Source: Salpingoeca rosetta
Lineage: Eukaryota > Protista > Choanoflagellata
Reading direction: 5' to 3'
Assembly (NCBI GenBank): GCA_033442325.1
Contig: JAWQFM010000002.1
Coordinates: forward strand, 2,135,349 to 2,199,348
DNA: 64,000 nt
In this document: positions 25,877 to 40,088 of the stretch, one piece after another
Numbering within the stretch: position 1 is the first letter of the stretch
Layout of the letters: each line of letters opens with the position of its first letter
Notes under the pieces: model-generated
Databases searched by the model: none
Told to the model about the DNA's origin: nothing
Seen by the model: only the letters and a program-made list of their open reading frames with translations
Translations under genes and position numbers: made by a program

Positions 25877-26823
25877 ACAGGCATGGCCCTGCCAAGCTTC
25901 GTGTGCTTGCATTCACGGGCACGCTATTCTCCCCTCTTTCATGTTTTGTTTGTACGCCTCCTTCATCTCTGCTACCCCTCTTCTGTCCTTAATCTTCCTC
26001 TCTCGCTCTCTCTCTCTCTCTCATGGTCGTGACTATGTCGCACGATGTACGTCTGTGTTTTGGCGAGTTGCTTGTCTTATGATGAAGCAGTCAAGTCGCG
26101 TGCGTGCGTGTGTGCGGAGCGTGACGTCTCTTGAGACCTGTTCCCCCATTTCTCTCCCTTGCCTCTGCCAACCTTGTGTTTCAACGGGCTGGGTTGTGGT
26201 GTCTTTGGCCGTGTTTGCTGTGCACGTCTGTTGGTTCGATCGCGCGTGTACGTGTGTGATTTCATGTACTGGGTCAATTGCTGCCTGCACAGAGCAGAGA
26301 TGCTTGTCGCTTGGCGCGTTCCTTTTTTGCCCCTTGTGTCTTTTTTCGATTTGTGGGCATGCCAGAGCCAGTGTGGTGCGTGCGCCCTCTTAAATGAGGT
26401 GCACTTGCTGGTTTGGTGTCACATGTGTGCATGTGCGTGGATCGCCGGGTTTGCTCGCTTCCCCCTTTTTTTGTATCCTCACGGTCTTCGTTGAGGATTG
26501 CTTGAGCACTCGGTTGGCTGTTCTGTTGTGTCTTTGTCCTCATGCCCACAACGGCATAAAGAGCAGAAAAGCAAGTGCCACCAACGCGCAGACGGAAAAC
26601 GAAAACCAAAAAATCATGGTGCGCCCACTGGCTGCGTTGATATTGGGTGGTGGTGGCGGTTTTTTGTTTTGTTTGTTTGGGTTTTGGGCGCCTCAGAAAT
26701 CCGGACCTTTGCAACGTAACGGTACACGCAGGTGCTTCAAGGCATGAAATTTGGCGAAAGAAATGTTGTAATGTAGGGGTGAAAAGGAAACAGCAAATTT
26801 CGCTATGATACACGCAAAAAATC

Positions 26824-27171
26824 TCATGCCTCAGTTGTGTGGTGCTGTTGTTGCTGGGCTGTGGTGGATGTGGCGGATGGGGTGATGGTGAGCTGCTGTG
26901 CTTGTTGCGCAGCATCTTCAATCTCAGCAGAGGTTTCCGAGAGAGCGAGGCGGCGTGGGGATTGGCTGCTGGAGCTTGTACTTCCCAACGCAAGGGCTCG
27001 CAAGCTCCATGTTCGGCTCTTTCTTTCTTCTCCAGGCGCATGGCCAACCTAGATGGTGGTGGTTGGTTGGTTAGTTGGTTAGTTGAGTTGGTTGGTTGGG
27101 TGGTTGATTGGTTGGTTAGTTGATGTTGTTGTTTAAGGTGTTGTTGTTTAAGTTGTTGTTGATGTTGATGT

Positions 27172-27218
<47 letters not shown>

Positions 27219-27282
27219 TTGTTGTTGTTGTTGATGTTGATGTTTATGATGATGATGATGATGTTGTTGTTGTTGTCGTTGA

Positions 27283-27348
<66 letters not shown>

Positions 27349-28849
27349 CAGCTTGTGAGTGCCAGCTTTGTGACCAGTGCATGTGGTCGTTTGGGACCAG
27401 TCTCAAACACAAAGCACCAAAAGAGGTGGCAGAAAAAAAGCACACACCAACAAGCAGCACCGATGGCAACGTACCGAGAGGCGCGGGTTGTGCGGGCTGA
27501 GAATGGAGTCTCGGCACACCTTGAAGTCTTTCGTGTCCTGATCGCAGTGCGAACCAAACAACAAGCACGTGAATATCAAACAACAAGAACGTGAATATCA
27601 AAGAACAAGAACGTGAATATCAAAGACCCACACGCGAATGGAAGCGCACACACACACACGCACGCACACACACGCTCACACACACACATACACACACACA
27701 CGCGCACACACGCACGCACACATACACACACACACACACGCTCACACACACACACACATACACACACGCGCGCGCGCGCACACACACACACCATACACAC
27801 AATCCATGCCCACATGCTCTATACCTGGAACAGCTTCTCGCCCGCCGTCGCCGTGGCGGCGCCGCGTGGTTCAAGCTTCAGCGATTGCTCGTACATGATG
27901 TCCTGATGAAGACAGACAGTGCGTAACCAACCGACCAACCAACCGACCAACCAACCAAGCAGCACCAACAGTGAGCCCAAGCCCATCACAACCTCAACAC
28001 CTCAACCAGGCGCTCGCACGATGACGAGTACGCTCGCGTACACAAACCACTCTTGTCGCGCACCTCGAATTGCTGGATGGAGGCCTTTGAGCCATCAGGC
28101 AGCGGTTGAGCCCGCTCATGAACAGGCGGCAGGCGCAGCAAAAACTCCTGTTCGTGTGCGTGTGTGCGTGAATGTGTGAGTGTGTGAGTGTGTGGGTGTG
28201 TGTAAGTGGCGCACTCACGTGCCAACAACTTCGATGGCATGTCTCCTGATGGCATATCTTCCCAATACACAAGCACACACACATACACACACACACGCAC
28301 GCAAGCCAACAACACACCTTGATGATGTCTTCGGTTGCCAGGTTGTATGTGCGGTTCTGGAACTGTTGAATGGTCATGCACGTCTCTCCAACCAGGCGCC
28401 TGCAAGTGATTGTTACGCATGCGTTGGACATGGTCATGATCAAAACAGACACACACACAGACACACACAGACACAGACACAGACACAGACACACACACAC
28501 ACACACAGACACACACACACAGGACCAGAAAGACAGAGGGACAGAGAAATGGTAGACAGACGCAGATCAGACAAACAAACACACACACACACACACACCA
28601 CATCGTACCGTTTGGAAAAGTTGATAATGTCTGAGCCTTGCACGTCCTTGCCGGGTGCGGATGGGTCGAGAGAGAGATAGTCTGGGGAGCCATCCTCCAT
28701 GAATGTGATGTCAGTCAGATACAGCCCGAGGAACGGGATGCATGGCGGTGACGCCTGCGCAATCGTCTGTAACATTCGGCGTTGTGGTGCAAGGAGGTTG
28801 AAACGAAATGAGTTCGGCAGGCAGCAAACGACACTTTTCCACACACACG

Positions 28850-28918
<69 letters not shown>

Positions 28919-28925
28919 AAACACA

Positions 28926-29010
<85 letters not shown>

Positions 29011-30032
29011 CACGCGCGCTCTCTTCAATGCTCACCGCCCGCAGGTTGGCGTGATTTGAGCCACCGACTTCCTCCTCAATTGCAGCAAACTTCTCCATCT
29101 TCCGCTCCGGAACCGCCTATATGCACACACGGGCACCGCAGGTGAGTGTTCACGAATTTGCAGGCAAAACAGACTTGTACGCAGAGGCAAACACGCAGAC
29201 TATGACAAGTCAATGATAAGAGAAAGACTACACAACAAAGTCAAAACAACACAAGAACGAAAACACAACCGAACACAAACACGCAAAGACATGCACACAC
29301 ACACACACACAACACAAAAACACAACACAACACAACCCGACTCAACACAACCCAACAGCACGCACCGCCCAGGTGTGTTTGAGGCGCGAAATTGCCGAGT
29401 TGCGCAGGGCCTCCTTGAGCGCCATCAGCGAGTTGAAGTTGTTGAGGTGGCGAAGTTCAAACAACACCTGCGATTGAAGTGTGTTTTGTGTTGCAAAGCG
29501 GCACAGATGACACGGACACATGGTGGAAGGTGGTGGTGGTCACACATGTCAACAATGAAGGCGCAAGCAGGTGACGCACACACACAGAGACACAGACACA
29601 CAGATACACAGGCACACACAGACACACGCACACACACAGACAGACACAGACAGACACAGACAGACACAGACACACACGCACAAACACACACACACACACA
29701 CACGCACCTCGAGGAAGGACTGGAGGACAAGTTGGCGCTCCTCCAAATCAGACATCTCCAGAATGGTGCGGATTGCCCAACGTGACACGTGGTTGAAATG
29801 CCGAATAAACGCAAGCACATTGGGAGACTTGGACTCTTTGTCCGCCTTGTTCCACTGCTGCCCAACAAGCTCAGATGGCTTGATTGCCCTGCCACCGTCA
29901 AGGGTTTAAGAGTGGGTGTGCGTAGTTGTGTGTGTGTGTGTGTGGGGGGCGGACCCACGTGAGGGTTATTAAAATCTCTACATGCGCCAGCAGAGGAAAT
30001 GGTCAAAATGCACACAAGTACACAGGAGCACG

Positions 30033-30116
<84 letters not shown>

Positions 30117-30410
30117 GACCGGTAGAGGCCGCTGTCGATGATGGTGAGCTGCCGCGCAACCTCGATCGGGTGCAGTGTCATCACGTGCAAAAAGTTTGAC
30201 TCAACCGGCAGCCAGAGGTGGTCTGGTGGCGGCTTTGTGTGCTCAGACTGCGCACCATATGATGATGGTGGTGAGTGAGGGAGTGAGGGAGTGAGGGAGT
30301 TGGGAACGACACAGTGGAACGATGAGATATGTTGCAACGATGTGATGCAAGCGATGATAGACGACGCGAGCTGGGCCTACAGACACATGTGAGCACGCAC
30401 GATCAAATGC

Positions 30411-30455
<45 letters not shown>

Positions 30456-31014
30456 ACATGCTTACCGCATCTTGGCCGCTGGCCTTCTTTGACTTCTTGT
30501 TCTTGATGACACGGATGACGGCCTGGCATTGGCGCTCACGCTGCGCATCACTGCGCACCTCACCTGTACACATACACGTGCACACGTTGATGATGAGGCT
30601 CGTCTTGCAATAGCTTCCCTTGACGCAAAACACACACACACACGCACGCAATGTACAAAGCAAATGTGATCCTGACTCACGTTGAATGAACTGCAAGAGT
30701 TCGCGCAGCAGTGTCTTGTCGCTCTCGAAATCGTAAAAGTGCTTGTCAACCCACTGCTTCAACACGTTCAGCACCCGCAACTTCACGGGGTTGGCGTATC
30801 TACAGCAACAAGATGAATGTGGACAGTGCGCACACAGCGATCGTGCCTTCGTGAGCCGCGAAACGGGGCGGCGTGGTGCACCGCCAAGACTGTGCATGCA
30901 TACGAACACAGACACAAGATACTACGCGCACACATTCACGTACACAAGGCACACACGGACATATACACACACACACGCACACAGACATACGCACATATAC
31001 AGAGAGACATACAT

Positions 31015-31067
<53 letters not shown>

Positions 31068-31469
31068 CACACACGCACACACACACACACACGCACACAC
31101 ACACACACGCACACACACACAAACGCGCGTGAGGTCTGGCAGATTGCGTTCGAAATCTTCAAGCTTCTGTCGCACCGTCTTGGCCACGTATCTGTAATGA
31201 CAGCGGGAAGAGATAATAAGGCAGAAGAGGGGGGGGGGGATGTGGTGGGATGAGAGGCAGAGAGACAGCAAATGCCGCAGACGGATGAGAGGCAGAGAGA
31301 CAGCAAATGCCGCAGACATTATCAAGTAGTTAGTGCTTTGCTTTGCCGTTGGAGCGTACACCACATCACCAGCCCAACTATCCCCCATCAACAGCCATCC
31401 AACCCATGCCATGTTCAACAAGGCACACCCTTACACACGAGCCAAACTGACAAGGGCCCCACCACCTCT

Positions 31470-31535
<66 letters not shown>

Positions 31536-32221
31536 CACACAGACGCACACACACACACACACACGCACAGACGCACACACACGGACACACACACATGCAC
31601 TGCGTTCGCGCGAGCAACATCGTACCCTCTGCTGATGATGCGAGCGAGGGTGGAGAGCCACGCCTCATACGCATCGCTCGAACCGGCCTTCAAACGCATC
31701 TGAACAGCAGATGACAACGGGCGGCGGATGTTGTGAGGGCAGGAGGTTGTTGCGGGGGAAGGGAAAGAAGGAGCAGCAAGGGCAAGTGCAAAGGTGCGAA
31801 TCTTGTGCCATGTTGCGCATATGAACATTCAACTGGCGTGATACTCACTGTCTTGTCCGGCGTTGCAAACACAATGACGTAGCTCTTGCCTGCAGCAACA
31901 GGGACAGCAAACGCGTGAAAAGGTAGCATACATGCAAGCACACATGAATGAATACACACGCACACACACACGCACACGCACACAAAAAGAAAGATAACAC
32001 AGAGCAGAAAGGGTGCGTTGCTGTGGATGAACGTACTACAGCACTGGTCCATGGTGATGCGAAGGTCTTTTGTTGGAATGGCGCTGCGCAGCTTGAAGCG
32101 GTAGCTCTTCTTGGTCGAATTCTGTGCATGCGTGATTGAAAGTGAGAGTGATTGAAAGTGAGAGTGGGTGAATGTGTATGTGGGTGAATGTGTGTGTGTG
32201 GGTGAATGTGTGTGTGTGTGT

Positions 32222-32272
<51 letters not shown>

Positions 32273-33554
32273 TGTGTGTGTGTGTGTGAATGAGTGTGTG
32301 TGTGTGTGGTGTGAATGAGTGGGTATGTGTGTGTGTGTGTGTGGAAGGCAAAAAGTGGCGTTGGGCGACTCTGACGTGAGTACCGACCATCAGCAAGAGC
32401 AAGCCGTGAACTGTATCTGTGCGTGGCCTCATATCAAGCATGTTCAAAACGCGAACAGGGGGTACGCACCTCCTTGCACAGGATGAGCACGTGTTCCAGT
32501 GCAAACACGTAGTGGGACTGCACATGCAAAGACAATGGACATGAGCGTGAGAAGACGAGCGAACACAGTTGAAATGGCGGGAAGACATCAGGCAAGCGCC
32601 ACACATTGAAACAAAAACACACACACGCGCTCTCGCACCCGCGCGCAGGTATAACAACGTTCACGCACGCAAAGGCAAGGTCAAAAGCTCAACTCAGGAG
32701 TGTGCACCTTGTCATCGAGAACGACGTTGCCCTGGTGGAGAAGGTTGTAGCGCGATTTGTACAGCTCAATGCCCTGCACGCCGTCAATGGTGTTGTGCAG
32801 CCGCGCAAAGTGTGCATGGGACACACGCGCCTGGAATATACACACGCGAGCACGAGTGATGATGTAGCAGAAAGTGGAAGGCATGGTGATTTCGAGAAGC
32901 ATAAATGCAGCAAGGCAACAACAACAACAACAACTTAAACAACAACAACAACAACAACAACTTAAACAACAACAACAACAGCAGCAGCAGCAGCAGCAAC
33001 ATATTTGCACCCACCTCCATGGATGGAAACGCCAGGTATGTCTCTCGCTTTTCGACCTGAGCACATGTGGGTGGCGTGGGCAGCGCGCAAGATGAGGGGA
33101 AAGGATTGTGGTGGTGGTGATAACGGTGGTGGTAGAGAGGAAGGAAATGCAGGCGAGCACGCAGAATTGAAGCATTGGAGAGCACACACCCACCCACACA
33201 CACACACGCACGCACGCACACACCAAAGCATACACACACGCACAGGGAAGCATACACACACGCACAGGGAAGCACCCACATATACATATGCATGCACCAT
33301 TGGGTATTTCTCTGGAGTGATGGTGGCACCGGCTGGCTTGAGAATGCACAGCGCCTGTGGTCGCAAAGGATGGGATGGATGAATGGATGGAGGACACGGA
33401 GAAGTGGCTGGAAGCATGGGACATCCACTCAACGAACCGAACCGAAACACACACACACACCTATACACACACACACACCTATACACACACACACCTATAC
33501 ACACACACACACACCTACACACACACACACACACACACTACACACACACACACA

Positions 33555-33630
<76 letters not shown>

Positions 33631-34543
33631 GACAGAGCAAGCACCGCGACTGACGTCTTGCAGGAGGGGGACGCTGCGACGAACAAAATGGTCGTGGGAG
33701 CGTGTGGCCTTCTCGAGGATGCTGGCCAGGGCCTCGGCGTAGTGCTTCAGGTGATACAGCGGCCCAACCAGCATGCACGGCAGGTCGTACTTCACACGAT
33801 TCATTCGTGTTGTGCGTGCGTGAGAGAGTGTGTGCGTGTGCATGGGAAACAGTGAGGCAGGCAAGCAGGCAGAGGACGCGTGACGATGCTCAATAACGCA
33901 TGCTGGTATGCCCTGACACCAGCATTGCACACGGCGTACTCTTGCACACACACACATACACACACACACACAGACACACACACAGACACACACACACAGA
34001 CACACACACACACACAATCCCACCCCCCCCCTCTCGTTCGCCAACCTTTGCGGCAAGCGCGAAATCAGGGTTGAAATCCCACATCTTTTTGAACATGGCT
34101 TCGTCATCTAACAAATCATAACGAGACATGGAGGTAAGGTGGCAGCAAGGTCGGGCATGGGGAGTGGAGCACAAGCAAAGTGCTATGGCGGCACGCACAT
34201 TCATGCTGAGGTTATGCACACGTACACACGTACACACGTACACACGTACACACGTACACACGTACACACGTACACACGTACACACGTACACACACATGCA
34301 TACACACATGCACGGAGTTGTGCGTACATGTGAGGTCGCGAAGGGCCTGCAGCGCCGTGGGGAGATTGGTGGCAAAGAAAACAAAATTCTCGTATTCTTT
34401 CGTCTGCGAACACAACGCAGCATGACGTGGACGTGAGTAACAGCAGGGCACCTGCCATACTATCAATACACGGAAAAAAGCCACGCGTACTTGTGCATAC
34501 ACATTCGCACACATTCACGCGCGCGCACACACGCACAAATACA

Positions 34544-34584
<41 letters not shown>

Positions 34585-35937
34585 TGTACGCACACACACA
34601 CAACGGTACCTCTGTGAAGTTGTAGAACGTTTCGCCGACGACGGGAAGGGACTTGTGGATGTTTCCCTTGTCAATCACGTCCTCAAGGTCCGTGGCAAGG
34701 TTCTGTGCAATTTCATGCAAGTCGCTCGTGTTGCTGAAGATGGCGGCGATGGTGGACTCCGGCACCTCAAACTGCGACTCAAGCGTGTCCACAAACACCT
34801 ATATGGAGGTGCAGAAGGGGAAGATAATGTGGGTGTGGCGTGATTGTAGTGAGTGATGAAGACACAAAGCACGTGTGCACTGCTGAGCGTGTGTTGGGTG
34901 TTGCTGTTGTTGCTGTTTGCTTCGCTGGCCTTGCCCAATGGAAGGAGGACACCAGTGAAGGTTGACGCTTCCATCTACACACACTCTCTGTCTCTCTTTC
35001 TCTCCGTCTGTCTCTGCCCCTGTGTCTATCTGTCACACACACACACACACACACATCCATTAATCCACCTTGCTGATGGCGTCGAGTTTGCTGACGAAGT
35101 TGTTCTCAGCGATGAGGCATTCGCGGACGGCCTCGGAGTAGCTGAGCTTGATGTACGCCTGCACCGTTGGCGGCGCCGTGCACCGACTCGTGATTGCAGA
35201 CAGGTCCTGGGGGGGATGATGGACGGAGATGGGGTGTGCGACGTGTGCGCGCGTGTGCATGTTTGTTTGTTTGTTTGTTTGTGCGTGCGTGTGCGTGCGT
35301 GTGCGTGCGATGATTGTAGTGAATGTGTTTGTTTGTTTGTTTGTGCGTGCGTGGGATGGGGTGTGCGTTATGAAAATGCGTGGGAGGAGGAGCAATAGTG
35401 GTCGTGGTCATAGTCGTTGTGTAGCATGTAAACATTGCACACAACGCTGTGAGCAGACAAGCGACGCAGACACGGAATGGCGTCATGAACACTCACCAGC
35501 CTTGCTTCCATGGTGACCTGCAGGGTTTCCTCTGTGATGACAGTTTCCTGCAGCTGCTGTGCATAACTCACGGCAAACTTCACACACAAATACACCACAC
35601 ATCACAGGCATACTCCCGTCGTGAGACAACGCACAAGAAATGCAACGCACACGTACGTTTACACAACACACAAGTATCCACACACACACAGAGCACAACG
35701 CACACGCACACACACACACACATACACATAAATGCACGCGCATCTGACCTTGAGGATTTCAAAGGCGAGCTCCTCCACGGCGGTGACGAGAATGAGAGCG
35801 ACCTCGCTGGGCAGATTTGGGTCCCGCGCAACCTCCTTCTTCAGCAAACTGTGCACCTGCACGCATTGGGGGTGGGGTGTTCTCGATTTGTGAACACCAG
35901 AACACCACAACGGGCCGCCAGTCTGATACATTCAAAG

Positions 35938-35993
<56 letters not shown>

Positions 35994-36767
35994 AAAGCAC
36001 ACACACACACTAAAGCACACACACACACACAAAAGCACACACACACACACAGAAAAGCACACACACACATACACACATACACAGACCCCCCCCCCATACA
36101 CACACACGCGCGCGCGCGCGTACCTTATCGACGGGGAACAGGCGCTTGATCTCGGACTTGCGCCGGGATGCAGACTGCGCAGCGACGGCGGCGCGACAGC
36201 CCTCCAAGATCCATTCGGAGACGCTCTCCGGAAAGAGGCGCTCGATCGCGTCCTCGGCAGCGGCCCGCGTCGTTGGAAAGCTCCCGCGCACGCTGCACAA
36301 GTGGGCCAGGATGTTGTAGATGCGCTCATCAAGCATGGCCAGCGCTCCGTCAGAGACGGCGAAGCTGCTGGAAGGGCTCAGCTTCCGCACCAACTGCACG
36401 CCATCGCCAGCAACCACAACAAGCAAGCAGCAAAGACACGTGAATGTGGTGCGCCGATGCAAACAGCAAACCATGCACAGGCGCGTTTAGGATACAGAAC
36501 CACGAGCCATCAGCGCCGCTTGTGTAGTGTCAAGTGTTTGCGACACCATCTCCACGCTCCATGCCATGACTTGTTTCCACAACCAAACGTCAACACACAC
36601 ACACACATACACACACATACACACATACACACACATACAAGCATCGCAACTACCAAAAGTAAACAAAACCCACCCACATGCAGAACCAGCACACACACCT
36701 TCTTCAGCGGCGATACGAACAGCTTGGCCCATCGCACACGGTTTGCCGCCCAGTCATACGTAGACAT
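26824..36767 (-). CDS. SOS: Son of sevenless-type RasGEF: tandem histone folds, DH, PH, REM, CDC25 domains (many exons; last two exons less certain)
   Basis: Histone fold: [23 protein letters not shown]|LVRK...[19 protein letters not shown]...FPVDK|VHSLLKKE...EILK. DH: [30 protein letters not shown]: [26 protein letters not shown]25: [55 protein letters not shown]. Confidence 0.95.
27115..27347. repeat. Compound (GTT)n/(GAT)n trinucleotide microsatellite in the last SOS intron
   Basis: Directly visible tract. Confidence 0.9.
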
Positions 36768-37113
36768 GGTGGCAGCAGCAGGCACGTCGTGAGGTACACA
36801 GAGAGAGAAAAGACAACAACAGAGGAGAGAAGCAGGCGGAAGGAGGACACGTCGTGACGATGAGTCCTTGGGAGGGGAGGGGTGTGTGGGGGTTGGGGGG
36901 AGAGTGGGGTGGGTGTTCTGTTGTTGTGGAGAAGACGCGGTGCGGTGCGCAATTTTGCAAATTGTAGGGATGACCATGCGTGCAATTGGCAAATCAAGGG
37001 CAGTGAACACAAACAACCAACAACAACACAGTTACGAAGTTGAGATATGTGTTGCGATCCACCAATCACGCAGACATCACAGACACCACCAACAAGCGCA
37101 GCCACATCAAAGC

Positions 37114-38228
37114 ATGGCAGAGAAGGACAAAGACCTGGAGCCACAGCTCAAGGACACCAACCCTCGTGTCCTCACAGGTGAGAGGGCGTGGAAGGGGGGG
37201 GGGGGGGGGGGTGACATGAACGGAGTTTGCTCGCGGTGTTTTGGTTGTGTGTTGTGTGTGTGTGTGTGTGTTTTGCCTGTGTGTTTTGTTTGCGTATGGG
37301 TTGTTGAGTTTGTGTCACTGCAATCGAGGTGGAGAAGTTTCTGCTGCTCACATGCTGCGATTGCAATGATGCATGGGGTCATGTCGCAGCCATCGAACAG
37401 AGATGGGCTGAAGAACAGCGACAACTCAAAGAGAAGCTGATTCTCGAGGACAAACATGAGGTGGCATTCTGACAAGCTTTCGCGCGGTGCACGCATTCAA
37501 GGAACACACACATATAGATAGGCACATGTTCACGCACGCAGCAAAAAACACCCTCACCCACTCACCCAATCATCCTCACCCACTCACCCACACACACTCA
37601 CACACACACACACACACACACTCACTCCTTCACACACTCCCTCATTCACTCACTCACTCACTCACACTTCCTCCCTCCCTCGCTCACACTCACTCCCTCC
37701 CTCGCTCACACTCACTCCCTCCCTCGCACTCACTCACTCACTCACTCACTTACGCGCACACACGCGGCATGGTTACTCGTGTTATGATGATGATGATGTG
37801 CTGGCTGATGACAATCGTTGCAGTGGACCCTGGACGACGTCAGGAGAATTGGTGGCGTGGACATCTCGTTCATCAAAGGGAACGACGTTGACGCGTGCGT
37901 CTCCTTGGTCGTGCTGAATTATCCATCGCTGGAGGTGCGTGTTGAATTTCTTGCTTGCGCAATGCTGCATCATCAACTTGTCTTCGTGTCGCTCTCTCCC
38001 TCCGTGCGCAGTGTGACCATGAAGCGTGGCTTGAACGCTGGCTCGTGTGAACCATGGCCCATGTGTGTGTGTGTGTCTGCATTGCGTTGTAGGTGGTATA
38101 TGAGGACTGCCACATGGTACGCTTGGAACAGCCGTACATTCCAGGTTTCCTTGCCTTTCGCGAAGTCTCCCATATCCAAACCTGGTCAGACCAGATTGTT
38201 CAGGGTGAAAGCGAGTGTCCACGCACTT

Positions 38229-38287
<59 letters not shown>

Positions 38288-39804
38288 TCTCACAAGTTTG
38301 GGGACAGCCTCCTTCCCGTTCCATAACATTGGACGCCCTCTCATTCTCATGTGCTGTGACATGCATGTTCGTTCAGCGTGGACAAGCTGCGCACAACGAA
38401 ACCAGAGCTTCTGCCACAGGTGTGTGTGTGTGTGTGTGCCTGCTTTTAGAATGTGTCCGTGTCACAAGCGTGGCTGTCTGTGCGGGAGCGCCTTGCTTGC
38501 GTGCCTGTGCATGGCACGACAGTCTTACATCCCAATGCACTTGCCGTGGTGCACGGTACAAAGGTGATTATGGTGGACGGGAATGGCATTCTGCACCCGC
38601 GCGGCCTGGGTCTCGCCTCCCACCTCGGCATCACCGTTGATATCCCAACAGTGCGTACATCCAAATCACATACGCGTCGATGGTGTGTCTGTTTGCAATG
38701 TCTGCCTCTGTTTGAGTCTTCTGTGTGTGTGTGTGTGTGTGAGTGAGTGTGTGTGCGTGTGTGTGCGTGTGTGTGCGTGTGTACGTGCCCTGTCGCTCTT
38801 GTCGCTCTTGTAGCTGTTGACGCGTAAGATGTGTGTTGCAACAGATTGGGCTGGGAAAGAAGCTGTTTATGGTTGATGGTCTGGACACAAAGGAGTAAGC
38901 GCACACACCCATCCTTGTGTATGTGTGTGTGTGTGTGTGTATGTGTGTGTGTGTGTGTGTGTGTAGGGGAGGGAGTTGCTGTTACATTACAACATGCATG
39001 TGTTTGTGTTTCATTGCACACTTCGTGGCCACCCACGTTGACACTGTCATTCTGCTGCCGTTGCTCTCGGTTTGCTTCTGCTCCTTGTTTCATTCACAAC
39101 AACTCACACGCCCATGCCGTCCCAATTCATCCAGGGTGCAGGCTAAAAGCCACGCTGAACTGAAGAAGGGCGGCGACTGGCTCCCACTTGTCGGTATCTC
39201 CGGCCAAACATGGTGTGTGTGTGTGTGTGTGCATGTGTGTTGACATGTGTATCAGTGGACATTATTAATGCTTGCCTGCGTGTCTGCCCCACTCCCCCCC
39301 CCTGCGTGCCTGCAAGAAGCGGCTGCTGGTGCTACCACGTGCAATCGTTGATGCGATGACTGTGTGCATGTCCGTGATACAGGGGTGCCGCCCTGAGGAG
39401 CACAGACACGAATATCAACCCGATTTACGTCTCTGTTGGCCATCGCATCAGGTGAACCGCCTGTCACACCTCTCTTGTCTGTACGTGCGTGTGTTTGTGC
39501 GTGCGTGTGTGCGTGTGTGCGTGTGCGTGTGTGTGCGTGTTGAGATAGAGAGAGTGTGTGCACTCCACGGTGTGCATTCCACTGTGTGCACTCCACTGTA
39601 TGCACTCCACTGTGCCCCCCTCGTTCTCTTCCCCTCCTCACACATGCACCACGCACGCAAACCCACTTTTTTCACGGCCGTGCGTGCATGCTTCCCCCAG
39701 TCTCGACACGGCGGCTGCACTCGTGGGGCGATGCTGCCAGTATCGCGTGCCTGAGCCGGTGCGGCAGGCCGACCAGCGCTCGCGCACCTTCCTCCGCACC
39801 CTGC

Positions 39805-39884
<80 letters not shown>

Positions 39885-39902
39885 GGGCGAGAGCGAGCGT
39901 GA
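37114..39902 (+). CDS. ENDOV: Endonuclease V (inosine-specific nuclease), multi-exon, with C-terminal polyQ
   Basis: Motifs IGGVDISF, PYIPGFLAFRE (wedge), VIMVDGNGILHPRGLGLASHLG, IGLGKKL, PIYVSVGHRI and YRVPEPVRQAD. Splice phases are consistent. It lies head-to-head with SOS (about 350 bp between start codons). Confidence 0.97.
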
Positions 39903-40088
39903 CTGTGAGAGCGAGAGCGAGCGTGACTCTGAGAGCGAGAGCGAGCGTGACTCTGAGTGTGAGAGGGCTGATCCAATGCTTGTTGTGCTTCGAAGCAGCG
40001 CGCCCTTCACTGTTTGCGGAATATCGTTTAAATCTTGTCCAAACTTTCGTACCTCACAACCAAGAATAACGGTACCAAACCTACCAAG

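Noticed and set aside
25877-25915. Histone 3' stem-loop
   Set aside because: Small hairpins exist (CAAGC...GCTTG) but do not match the 6-bp stem/4-nt loop consensus.
27560-27625. Short direct repeats (21 bp x3 here; also 15421-15487, 31249-31316, 47817-47860) as CRISPR-like or mobile-element ends
   Set aside because: They are head-to-tail intronic duplications without spacers, TIRs or a transposase.
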